Assembly: GCA_043825735.1 (NCBI GenBank)
Contig: JBDRRP010000105.1
Coordinates: forward strand, 47,538 to 67,537
Source of the DNA: Pseudomonadota bacterium
GTDB taxonomy: Bacteria; Desulfobacterota; Desulfobacteria; Desulfobacterales; JBDRRP01
Direction: 5' to 3'
Length of the DNA: 20,000 nt
Under the pieces are notes generated by a model. The model was not told the origin of the DNA, searched no databases, and saw only the letters and a program-made list of their open reading frames with translations. Of the stretch, positions 1 to 8,451 are shown in pieces. The position numbers were made by a program, and so were the translations under genes. The stretch's first letter is position 1. Every line of letters starts with the position of its first letter.

Positions 1-843
1 ACCCGGGCTCTGACCAGCGAGCCGCCGGAAGCAATGATCTCCGGGGTGGACAATTTCGACCTGTTTTACGCCCGCGTTCGGGCGGTCGACAAGGCCGGCA
101 ATACCGGCAGTTTCAGCAAAGCGCTGGCTGCCGTTGCACTCCCCGCTGCCGGACTGCTCGCGCTGCCCCAGCCCGGCCCGACGCTGGGCGGCGTTGTCTC
201 CGCGCCGATCCTTCTAAGCGCCCAAAAAAGCCCGTTTACCGTCACCGCCCCGATCCGGGTCACTGCCGGCGGCGCCATTACCATCGCCCCCGGCGCCACG
301 CTCCTGTTCAACTCCGGCGCGGCCATCATCGTCGAGGGGGGCAGCCTGTTTGCCTACGGCACCCTGAAACGCCCCGTCAGAATGGCCCCCCCAAGCGATA
401 CGGCCGGCCCCGGGGCCTGGGAAGGCATTGTCTTCACCAACGCCGGAGAATCCGGACTCACCCACGTGGTCATCGAAAAGGCGAACACCGGTGTGCGCAT
501 TCAGGGCAGCGCGCCATCCCTCAGGCACATCACCATCAGCCAGTCGGCCCAGGCGGGGCTCCACCTGATGGACAACGCGGCACCGGAGGTCACTTGCTGC
601 ACCTTCAACGAGAACCAGGGCCAGGGCGCCATCGTTTTGGAAGGCGCTGGGCTGAGTCCCCGCTTTCGCAGCAATACGTTTATCAACAACGATCCCTTCC
701 AGGTCCAGAGCTACGCCCCCATCCAGGTGGACATGTCCCGAAATTACTGGGGCACGCCCCAGCCCGCAATGGAAGGTTTTCTGGGTGATATCGTCATTGA
801 GCCGGTACTCACCGCCGTACCCGATGAGTGCGCAGCTCCCTAA
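1..843 (+). CDS. 5'-truncated protein with the end of a fibronectin type III-like domain followed by a right-handed parallel beta-helix domain
   Basis: Frame +1 is open from base 1. FYARVRAVDKAGNTGSFS matches the FN3 C-terminal strand pattern. SPFTVTAPIRV..ITIAPGATLLF, WEGIVF, repeated G-x-x-I/SAP/N-x-F turns and VDMSRNYWG are typical of beta-helix (pectin-lyase-fold) surface proteins. Confidence 0.7.
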   Translation, partial: TRALTSEPPEAMISGVDNFDLFYARVRAVDKAGNTGSFSKALAAVALPAAGLLALPQPGPTLGGVVSAPILLSAQKSPFTVTAPIRVTAGGAITIAPGATLLFNSGAAIIVEGGSLFAYGTLKRPVRMAPPSDTAGPGAWEGIVFTNAGESGLTHVVIEKANTGVRIQGSAPSLRHITISQSAQAGLHLMDNAAPEVTCCTFNENQGQGAIVLEGAGLSPRFRSNTFINNDPFQVQSYAPIQVDMSRNYWGTPQPAMEGFLGDIVIEPVLTAVPDECAAP

Positions 844-889
844 AATCGGAAATTAGCCGGTTATGTGGCACCAAACCGTGGAGGTGTTT

Positions 890-2047
890 ATGAAGGTTCG
901 TTCGTCACTGCCTGTCGTCGTACTCACAGCCGTACTGGTGGTCATGTCCGTTGGCATCGCTGCCGGCCAGGACACTGCGGTGGAGCAGGTCTCCGATTAC
1001 GGGACCATCGACTGGGTGGGAGAAAAACTGACGGCCGTGGGCCTCGGTGCGCCGGTGAACCGACAGGTCGGCCCGGCCCAGATGCGTATTCTGGCGCAGC
1101 GCGCTGCCGTCGTGGTGGCCCGCAGAAACCTCCTCGAAGTGGTCAAAGGCGTCCATATCGATTCCACCAGCCGCCTTGAGAATTTTGTGCTCAAGGACGA
1201 CACCATCGAGTCGCGGGTCAGTGGTGTGCTGGTCAATTCCACGGTGGACAAGATAGACTATCTCAACGACGGATCGGCCAAGGCCTGGGTGAGCATCCCC
1301 TTGAGCGGCGAACTGCGGGAGATGCTGCTGCGCGTGGCCGTGCAGGCGCCCGCCCCCGGCAGTGCACCGGAAACGGCGCGCATCGATGAACGCCTGGACC
1401 GGTTGGAACGCCGCATCATGGAACTGGAGCAGCAGGTGGGCGGCCTTCGGAAGACCAATGCCGCCTACAAGGAAATGGTTCACAGGCTTCAAGAATTTGT
1501 CGTCGCCTGGGTTGACTATTCGCGCAGCCGCCCGCTGGTCTTGCCGGCCGCCATGGACAATACCGACACCGCCGCCATTGATGCCCGGCTGGCACGCCAG
1601 GAACTTCAGCTAAACGCCCTCTCCGCACGACTGGAGGACATGACCCACCGTCTGGAGATCATGGAAAACGCCGGCTCCAGAAAAACCGCACCGGCCACCA
1701 CCAAGTCCCAGGTCAAATTCACGGGGCTCGTTATCGATGCCCGCGGCCTCGGTTTTCGCCCCTGCCTGAAGCCTGAAATCTATGGCAAGGAGGTGGTACT
1801 CTACCCCGGAGACTACATCGATCTGAATGTGGCCGTCTCCGGTGGCTACGTGCGCTACTACCGGGATCTGGCCAAGGCCCAGCAAAACGAGCGCGTCGGC
1901 ACACTTCCCATGACCATCAAAGCCGTGGGCACCCAGTCAGGAGACCGGAACCTTACCATCAACCCGGCTGACTTCGATCTGCTCCGGGAAATCTCCGCGA
2001 TTCAGGGCAGTTTTCTCGGTCAATGCCGCATCATTATCGTATTTTAG
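890..2047 (+). CDS. Exported LPP20-like domain protein with a central coiled-coil insert
   Basis: GGAGG (880-884) precedes ATG 890, so this start is preferred over 863. N-terminal hydrophobic signal peptide with no lipobox Cys. Motifs GTIDW..LTAVGLGAP, AQRAAVVVARRNLLEVVKGVHIDS and C-terminal FTGLVIDARGLG..P. Heptad-rich middle section. Confidence 0.65.
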   Translation: MKVRSSLPVVVLTAVLVVMSVGIAAGQDTAVEQVSDYGTIDWVGEKLTAVGLGAPVNRQVGPAQMRILAQRAAVVVARRNLLEVVKGVHIDSTSRLENFVLKDDTIESRVSGVLVNSTVDKIDYLNDGSAKAWVSIPLSGELREMLLRVAVQAPAPGSAPETARIDERLDRLERRIMELEQQVGGLRKTNAAYKEMVHRLQEFVVAWVDYSRSRPLVLPAAMDNTDTAAIDARLARQELQLNALSARLEDMTHRLEIMENAGSRKTAPATTKSQVKFTGLVIDARGLGFRPCLKPEIYGKEVVLYPGDYIDLNVAVSGGYVRYYRDLAKAQQNERVGTLPMTIKAVGTQSGDRNLTINPADFDLLREISAIQGSFLGQCRIIIVF

Positions 2048-2058
2048 GAGCTCTTATA

Positions 2059-3165
2059 ATGAAAACCGCTTCACGCGCTGTTATGGCTTTCGCCGGCATG
2101 TGCTTTATGATCTTGTTCGTGGCCGCACCCGCGGCGCTGTGGGCCGCTGAAGTGGTAACGGTGACGGGTATGAGTTTTTACGAAGAGGGCCGTGAGGCCA
2201 TCGCCCGCGAAAAAGCCCTGGACGACGCCAAGCGACAGGCCATCGAGCAGGCGCTGGGCACCCAGGTGAGCTCCCAGACAGTGGTGGAAAATTTCGAAGT
2301 GACCCGGGATCAGGTGATGAGCCACGCGGCCGGCTACCTGCGCGACATGCAGATTTTGCACGAAGGCAAGACGGATCTTGGCAGCTATGAAGTGGAGCTG
2401 CGGGCGCGCGTGGAAATTGGTGCGCTGGTGGCGGACATGGACCGATTCCGCAAGGTGCTCAGCTGGCAGAAGAACCCTCGGGTGGCCGTGACGCTGCCGG
2501 CCGGGATGGCCCCGGACGTGGTGCCCGCCGCACGCAAGGCCGCCCAGCGGCTCAGCCGGGAGCTGAGCGCGGACGGGTTTCAGGTGTTCACAGCCACCGC
2601 CGACAAGACGCCGACGCTGGGACTGTTAGTGGTGCTGGGGCTGGAGCTCTCCAGCAGCACGTCGGAATACCAGGGCGTAAAACTTCAGCTTCACGAAGTG
2701 AGCCTGACGGCCGCCATCGAGCGCCCGGGTACGGGGGAGCTCCTGGCAACGTCCTCCGCGGTAAAGTCGCTGCCGGGTGCCAATCGACTGGCAGTGCTCG
2801 ACAAGGGGGCCGCAGAGTGCGTGACGGCGGTGTGGAAAGACCTGCGCCGGCAGCTGGTAAGACTGTGGGAGCAGGAGCTTTACAGTCAGCGCCAGATCGA
2901 TCTGGTGGTGCATAACGTGAGCGACCACGCCCACGCCGCGGAGATGGCTGCCGTACTCAAGTCGGACGTGAGCAGCGTCGTGGATGTGCAACTGGTCAAT
3001 TTTTCGGGGAAAACGGCTGAGTTTGGACTTCAGTACAAAGGCTGGCCCGAACACCTTGCCAATGAATTGCAGATGGCGCACTTTAAAAGTCGCTATTTTG
3101 ACATGACCTTGAAGTCCATTGCCGGCAGCCGCTTGGAGATGTCGCTGAATACTCAGGCCCAGTAA
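2059..3165 (+). CDS. Exported protein with a flagellar assembly protein T (FlgT) N-terminal-like domain
   Basis: AGGAG (2046-2050) precedes ATG 2059. Signal peptide ends ALWA. VTVTG...AREKALDDAKRQAIEQALGTQVSSQTVVENF...GYLRDMQIL...YEVELRARV is the FlgT_N-like pattern. Confidence 0.65.
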   Translation: MKTASRAVMAFAGMCFMILFVAAPAALWAAEVVTVTGMSFYEEGREAIAREKALDDAKRQAIEQALGTQVSSQTVVENFEVTRDQVMSHAAGYLRDMQILHEGKTDLGSYEVELRARVEIGALVADMDRFRKVLSWQKNPRVAVTLPAGMAPDVVPAARKAAQRLSRELSADGFQVFTATADKTPTLGLLVVLGLELSSSTSEYQGVKLQLHEVSLTAAIERPGTGELLATSSAVKSLPGANRLAVLDKGAAECVTAVWKDLRRQLVRLWEQELYSQRQIDLVVHNVSDHAHAAEMAAVLKSDVSSVVDVQLVNFSGKTAEFGLQYKGWPEHLANELQMAHFKSRYFDMTLKSIAGSRLEMSLNTQAQ

Positions 3166-3258
3166 CCCCCGCCTTCCGCATCGCTGCGGAAGCGGCCCCC
3201 TGTAAACCCGATCGCCGAGAGGCGTATGCGCCTGCCACAGCAGCGCTGCCAGGGGTAA

Positions 3259-4212
3259 ATGCCATTGACAACGATACCTGCCCCGAGGCACCTGCAACGC
3301 ATCATTTGCCGCTGCTGGGCGTTGACGCTTGTTGCCATCGTCATGACCGCGATGATGCTTCCCCGGGTATGGTGCGCACCGGAGCCCCCGCCGACAGACG
3401 CCATCGAACGCGTTGACGGTGGCGTCATCAACTGGTCGAACGGGACGCTTCATGCCGTTGGGATCTCCTCACCACAGGCCATCGGCGACACCGCCGGTGG
3501 CATTCCGGAGCGCGTGCTCATGGGGGCAAAGGCCAACGCTGTCGAACGCCTGCTGCACACCGCACGGCAGGTCCGTATCCGCTCGGACCTGACGATCGGC
3601 GGTGCCATGGACGGCGCCCCCCGCGTAGCCGCGGAATTTAAAGCCCTCCTCCAGAATCTGCCCGTTGCCAACCAGCGATACCTTTCAGATGGAACGGCTG
3701 AAATCGAAATGATGCTGCCACTATACAGCGGGCCGGCGCAGTTGTTGCTCCCCGACGATATCCGCCAGGTGCAACCGATCATGGCAATCGCCCCATCCCC
3801 CCCGCCCGCTCCCGAATCAACGCCCCCCCCGGCACCGACAGCGGCACCGTCACCCAAGCAGCGCCCGTATACGGGATGGGTGCTGGATGCGCGTGGCACC
3901 GGTGCCAGAGCGGCCATGTCCATCGCCGTCAGGGATGAAAGCGGACGGACGGTTTACGGCTCGGCCTTCGTCAGCAGGGAGTTTGCCGTACATGCCGGCA
4001 TGAGCGGTTACAGCGCCGTCATGGATCCGGCAGCCGCGGCGGCCCGGGTGGGCGCGCTGCCCATGACCACACGGGTGCTTAGGGCCGTCGGAGAAACGCG
4101 CTGTGATCTGGTGGTCAGCAACGCCGACGCCGCCCGGTTGCGCAGCGCAGTGGCGCACCTCGCATTTCTCAGGGAGTGCCGCGTGCTCGTCGTCCTCGAC
4201 CCGCAGCCATAA
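3259..4212 (+). CDS. Exported LPP20-like protein, paralog of 890..2047, with a Pro-rich linker
   Basis: Shares G.I.W..L.AVG, Y(L)..DG.A....PL.. and TG.V.DARG.G...RVG.LPMT blocks with the 890 protein. Hydrophobic N-terminus. Exact start uncertain because the RBS is weak. Confidence 0.6.
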   Translation: MPLTTIPAPRHLQRIICRCWALTLVAIVMTAMMLPRVWCAPEPPPTDAIERVDGGVINWSNGTLHAVGISSPQAIGDTAGGIPERVLMGAKANAVERLLHTARQVRIRSDLTIGGAMDGAPRVAAEFKALLQNLPVANQRYLSDGTAEIEMMLPLYSGPAQLLLPDDIRQVQPIMAIAPSPPPAPESTPPPAPTAAPSPKQRPYTGWVLDARGTGARAAMSIAVRDESGRTVYGSAFVSREFAVHAGMSGYSAVMDPAAAAARVGALPMTTRVLRAVGETRCDLVVSNADAARLRSAVAHLAFLRECRVLVVLDPQP

Positions 4213-4283
4213 AGCCTGCCGTCTCACGATGCGCGATACGATGCGTCAATGTTGCAGTGCCCCCCAAATGGTGACAAGCTTTT

Positions 4284-4392
4284 AAAAAGCAATTTTCTCG
4301 CCAAGCCGCAAAGATCGCAAAGTTAACGAATTGATAATAAAAATGTTTTTCTTGGCGTCGTTGCGAGAAAATTGCTTTTTTACGGATTCATC
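4284..4392. repeat. REP/MITE-like palindromic element
   Basis: Perfect 18-bp inverted repeat AAAAAGCAATTTTCTCGC (4284-4301) / GCGAGAAAATTGCTTTTT (4363-4380). Internal CGCAAAG occurs twice. The tail ACGGATTCATC (4382-4392) is the reverse complement of 17057-17067. Confidence 0.65.
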
Positions 4393-4537
4393 TTCTTTAG
4401 AGCGTGCAAAGAAAAGAACACGCTCATCGAAGTGATTGACTTGAAACAAAGTCGAACCCCGGTAAACCGGCCAGTTGTCCCGTCATGACGACGCACAAGC
4501 GTCGTTACAACACACTATAGCGCGCGGCAGCGCCCTG

Positions 4538-4572
4538 AAAAAAACGGCCGGCGGGGAAATCCCCACCGGCCG
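4538..4572 (-). terminator. Rho-independent terminator of the panC-metK-ahcY operon
   Basis: On the + strand, A7 (4538-4544) is followed by CGGCCGG-CGGGG-AAAT-CCCC-A-CCGGCCG. On the - strand this is a GC hairpin followed by U7, about 27 nt past the ahcY stop. Confidence 0.85.
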
Positions 4573-4599
4573 CGCTGCCTGTTTCAATTCTCTGAGTGG

Positions 4600-6054
4600 C
4601 TAATAACGGTAATGATCCGGTTTATAAGGACCTTCCACCGGTACGCCGAGATAATCGGCCTGCTCCTGGGTGAGCGTGGTGAGTTTTGCGCCCAGCCGTC
4701 CCAGGTGAAGGCGGGCCACTTCCTCGTCCAAGGTCTTGGGCAATGTGTACACTTCCGGCGCCAGATCCTCGGCGGCCAGCTTGATCTGAGCCAGGCACTG
4801 ATTGGTGAAGCTGTTGCTCATGACAAAGCTGGGATGCCCGGTAGCGCAGCCCAGATTCACCAGGCGTCCCTCGGCCAGGATGATCACCGAACGACCGGAC
4901 TTGAGGATCCACTTGTCCACCTGGGGTTTGATGTTCACTTTGCGGCACTGCGGCGTCGTCTCTAGATACGTCATGTCGATTTCGTTGTCGAAGTGCCCGA
5001 TGTTGCAGATGATAGCCTCGTTTTTCATCATCTCCATATGGGCTCCGGTGATGACTTTGTAGCAGCCGGTGGCCGAAACGAAAATATCAGCCAGATGGGC
5101 CACCTCTTCCAGGGGTTTGACCTCGAAGCCTTCCATGGCTGCCTGCAGGGCACAGATGGGATCGACTTCCGTCACAAGAACCCGGGCCCCGAAACCGCGC
5201 ATCGAATGGGCGCACCCTTTGCCCACATCACCGTAGCCGCAGACCACGATAGTCTTTCCGGCGACCATGATGTCGGTGGCCCGCTTGATGCCGTCGGCCA
5301 GTGATTCGCGGCACCCGTAAAGGTTGTCGAATTTGCTTTTGGTGACCGAGTCGTTGACATTGATGGCGGCAAAGAGCAGCTTTTTTTCTTTGGCCAGTTG
5401 ATAGAGCCGGTGAACGCCGGTGGTCGTCTCTTCGGAAACCCCGCGGATGCCAGCGGCCACACGGGTCCACAGTCCGGGATCCCGCTCATAGGTCGCTTTC
5501 AGCCGGGCCATGAGATGTTTCATGTCGGCACTGTCGTACTTGCGCGCGAACAGGCTGGGGTCTTTCTCGGCAGCCACCCCGTGATGAACCATCAAAGTGG
5601 CGTCTCCGCCGTCATCCACGATCAGATGCGGTCCGCTGCCATCGGGCCACAGCAGGGCCTGTTCGGTGCACCACCAATATTCGGGAAGATTCTCCCCTTT
5701 CCAGGCGAACACCGCTGCCGAACCGTTCTTGGCGATTGCCGCAGCGGCATGATCCTGGGTGGAGAAAATGTTGCAGGACGCCCACCGGACATCGGCCCCC
5801 AGAATTTTGAGGGTTTCGATGAGCATGGCCGTCTGGATGGTCATGTGAAGGCTGCCGGTGACCTTCAACCCGCGAAGGGGCTGTGAGGGACCGTATTTCT
5901 CACGAACGGCCATGAGACCGGGCATCTCGTTTTCCGCCAACTGCATTTCTCTGTTTCCGAAATCGGCAAGACCGATGTCGGCAACTTTATAGGGCAGATC
6001 CGGCATGATTTCGAGAATGGCGCCGGCGGCTTCTTTCAATTGTGTTACGGACAT
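4600..6054 (-). CDS. ahcY: Adenosylhomocysteinase (S-adenosyl-L-homocysteine hydrolase)
   Basis: Motifs [65 protein letters not shown] and C-terminal [18 protein letters not shown] precedes ATG 6054. Confidence 0.97.
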   Translation of the reverse strand: MSVTQLKEAAGAILEIMPDLPYKVADIGLADFGNREMQLAENEMPGLMAVREKYGPSQPLRGLKVTGSLHMTIQTAMLIETLKILGADVRWASCNIFSTQDHAAAAIAKNGSAAVFAWKGENLPEYWWCTEQALLWPDGSGPHLIVDDGGDATLMVHHGVAAEKDPSLFARKYDSADMKHLMARLKATYERDPGLWTRVAAGIRGVSEETTTGVHRLYQLAKEKKLLFAAINVNDSVTKSKFDNLYGCRESLADGIKRATDIMVAGKTIVVCGYGDVGKGCAHSMRGFGARVLVTEVDPICALQAAMEGFEVKPLEEVAHLADIFVSATGCYKVITGAHMEMMKNEAIICNIGHFDNEIDMTYLETTPQCRKVNIKPQVDKWILKSGRSVIILAEGRLVNLGCATGHPSFVMSNSFTNQCLAQIKLAAEDLAPEVYTLPKTLDEEVARLHLGRLGAKLTTLTQEQADYLGVPVEGPYKPDHYRY

Positions 6055-6106
6055 GATTTCACTCCTGTTATGGATGGGCACTCGTTCGGTTGCGCTGCTT
6101 GGTGGG

Positions 6107-7276
6107 CTACAGGCCGGCCAGGTCCTTGAGTCTCTCCACCTGGTTGGTGCGCTCCCAGGTGAACTCGGGCTCGGTGCGGCCGAAATGACCGTAGGCGGCG
6201 GTTTTCCTGTAAATGGGCCGCTTCAGGTCCAGATACTCGATAATGGCCCGCGGGCGCAGATCGAAGATCTCTCTTACCAGTGCTTCCAATCGGGCCTTGG
6301 GCACGATGCCGGTGCCCATGGGATCCACCATGACCGACACGGGCTGGGCCACACCGATGGCGTAGGCGATCTGGACCTCGCACTTTCTGGCCAGACCGGC
6401 GGCGACGATGTTTTTGGCAATGTGGCGGCCCATGTAGGAGGCGCTGCGGTCCACCTTGGACGGGTCCTTTCCGGAAAAGCACCCGCCGCCATGGCTGCCC
6501 TGGCCGCCGTAAGTGTCCACGATGATCTTGCGCCCGGTAAGACCGCAGTCACCCATGGGACCGCCCACTACAAACCGGCCGGTGGGGTTGATAAAGTACT
6601 TGGTATCGCCGTCCACCATTTCCCGCGGAATCACTTTCTTGATGACCTCTTCGATGACGGCTTCACGCAGATCGTCGTAGGTGACGTCGGGCTTGTGCTG
6701 CGTGGAGACGACGATAGCGTCAACCCGCCTGGGAGTGCCGTTGTCATACTCGATGGTGACCTGGGACTTGCCGTCGGGACGCAGAAAATCGAGGGCCCCG
6801 TTTTTACGGACCTCTGCCAGGCGCCGGGTGAGCTTGTGGGCGTACATGATGGGCATGGGCATCAACTCAGGCGTTTCGTTGGTGGCAAATCCGAACATGA
6901 GCCCCTGATCGCCGGCCCCCTGCTCCTTATACAGCCCCTCGCCTTCATTCACCCCCTGGGCAATATCCTGGGACTGCTGGTCGATGCTGGTGATCACCGA
7001 ACACGTCTGCCAGTCGAATCCCATCTGGGATGAGGAATAGCCGATCTCGCGAATGGTTTCCCGGACGATGGTCGGCATGTGGACGTAGCAATTGGTGGAA
7101 ATTTCGCCGGCGATAAACGCCAGCCCGGTGGTGACCATGGTCTCGCAGGCCACCCGGCACTGGGTATCCTGGGTCATGATGGCATCCAGGACGGCGTCGG
7201 AGATGGCATCGGCGATTTTGTCCGGGTGCCCTTCGGTGACGGATTCGGAGGTGAAGAGGTAGCTGTCTTTGCTCAT
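6107..7276 (-). CDS. metK: Methionine adenosyltransferase (SAM synthetase)
   Basis: Motifs [49 protein letters not shown] and [18 protein letters not shown] precedes ATG 7276. Confidence 0.98.
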   Translation of the reverse strand: MSKDSYLFTSESVTEGHPDKIADAISDAVLDAIMTQDTQCRVACETMVTTGLAFIAGEISTNCYVHMPTIVRETIREIGYSSSQMGFDWQTCSVITSIDQQSQDIAQGVNEGEGLYKEQGAGDQGLMFGFATNETPELMPMPIMYAHKLTRRLAEVRKNGALDFLRPDGKSQVTIEYDNGTPRRVDAIVVSTQHKPDVTYDDLREAVIEEVIKKVIPREMVDGDTKYFINPTGRFVVGGPMGDCGLTGRKIIVDTYGGQGSHGGGCFSGKDPSKVDRSASYMGRHIAKNIVAAGLARKCEVQIAYAIGVAQPVSVMVDPMGTGIVPKARLEALVREIFDLRPRAIIEYLDLKRPIYRKTAAYGHFGRTEPEFTWERTNQVERLKDLAGL

Positions 7277-7394
7277 GATGTCTCCTTGGTTATGATCGCG
7301 CCTGCCCCTTGGGCAGGCATCCATTTATGTGTCTTAAAAAAGCAAAGCCCTCATCGTAACAGGCAAACACAGTGTGCTACGCTGGGCGGCGGCC

Positions 7395-8246
7395 TCAGAC
7401 ACGGGTCTCCAGGGCCATGTTGTCTATCAACCGGGTCTTGCCCACCCAAACCGCCAGAATCATACGGGTGCTGCCGGCGATGGTGGCCACGGGTTCCAGG
7501 GTGCCGGGATCCACAATAGCGATGTAATCGATCCGAGTGCCTTCATGGGCTGCAATGGACGCCTCGGCCTCACGGAGGACCTCACGGGCGTCGGCAGCAC
7601 CGTCAGCGACCCTTTCCCGGGCGCGCCACAGGGCGCGGCTCAGACTCAGGGCGGCCTCTCGCTGATGGGCTTCAAGGTAGGCATTACGGGAGCTCATGGC
7701 CAACCCGTCAGGCTCCCTGACCGTGGCCCCGCCGATGATCTGAATGGGAAAATCAAGATCCGTCACCAGCCGGCGGATAATGGCCAGCTGCTGGAAGTCT
7801 TTTTCCCCGAACACGGCCACATCCGGCTGCACGATGTTAAAAAGCTTGGTCACCACGGTGGCCACCCCGCGGAAAAAAACCGGCCGCGACCGGCCGCACA
7901 ACCCGCGGGGCAGCTGTTCGAGACTCACATAGGTCTGAAACCCCGGCGGATAGATCTCCCCGACATCGGGGAAAAAAAGCAGGTCCACCCCCACCTCGCG
8001 GCAAAGCCGCTCATCCTTTTCCGGATCCCGTGGATAGGTATCCAGATCTTCGCCCGGGCCAAACTGGGCAGGGTTGACGAAAATGCTGACCACCAGGACA
8101 TCGGTGCGGCGCCGGGCCTCGCGCATGAGCGACAGATGCCCTTCGTGAAGAAACCCCATGGTGGGAACGAAACCGATGCGCCGGCCGCCACGCTTCAGCG
8201 CTGCCGCGGTCTCCTGCATTTGCTGTGATCGATGAATCGTTTCCAT
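7395..8246 (-). CDS. panC: Pantoate--beta-alanine ligase (pantothenate synthetase)
   Basis: Motifs GFVPTMGFLHEGHLSL, SIFVNPAQF, GEKDFQQL, REPDGLAMSSRN and RLIDN. RBS GAGG precedes ATG 8246. Confidence 0.97.
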   Translation of the reverse strand: METIHRSQQMQETAAALKRGGRRIGFVPTMGFLHEGHLSLMREARRRTDVLVVSIFVNPAQFGPGEDLDTYPRDPEKDERLCREVGVDLLFFPDVGEIYPPGFQTYVSLEQLPRGLCGRSRPVFFRGVATVVTKLFNIVQPDVAVFGEKDFQQLAIIRRLVTDLDFPIQIIGGATVREPDGLAMSSRNAYLEAHQREAALSLSRALWRARERVADGAADAREVLREAEASIAAHEGTRIDYIAIVDPGTLEPVATIAGSTRMILAVWVGKTRLIDNMALETRV

Positions 8247-8322
8247 AGCCTCTTTTCAGCACATCACCGCTGGCGGAACCCGTTCACGGCCACCGATCCT
8301 GCGGTTATCGCCTGAACCGGGT

Positions 8323-8351
8323 AAATTAAAGAAAATCAAGCGCGCTGTCAA
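8323..8351 (-). promoter_or_regulatory. Putative sigma70 promoter for panC-metK-ahcY
   Basis: The - strand reads TTGACA-N17-TAATTT (-35 at 8351-8346, -10 at 8328-8323) in an AT-rich patch upstream of panC. Confidence 0.55.
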
Positions 8352-8451
8352 ACAATAAATATCTTCCAGACGGCGGATTTGAAAGGCAAGGGCTCTGCAA
8401 GAGCGAAAACGCCGCGATGCGGGCGTGCGCCGGCGGGTGCGCGCGAGCCGT

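Noticed and set aside
3169..3195. Hairpin CTTCCGCA-TCGC-TGCGGAAG after the FlgT-like gene as a terminator
   Set aside because: There is no U-tract; at most it is a pause or stability hairpin within the operon.
4459..4505. GGTAAACC...GACGCACAAGC resembles the start of a c-di-GMP-I riboswitch
   Set aside because: It lacks the GNRA loop and a recognisable second stem, and there is no downstream gene on the + strand.
6005..7033. 342-aa + strand ORF, and similar long antisense ORFs at 7374..8228, 8425..9219, 11798..12715, 13244..14533, 15206..16084 and 18148..19290
   Set aside because: They are antisense shadows of well-supported genes, expected in high-GC coding DNA, and show no recognisable motifs.
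7277..7394. Possible SAM or SAH riboswitch upstream of metK
   Set aside because: No SAM-I core or SAH consensus is recognisable; only one simple hairpin is present.
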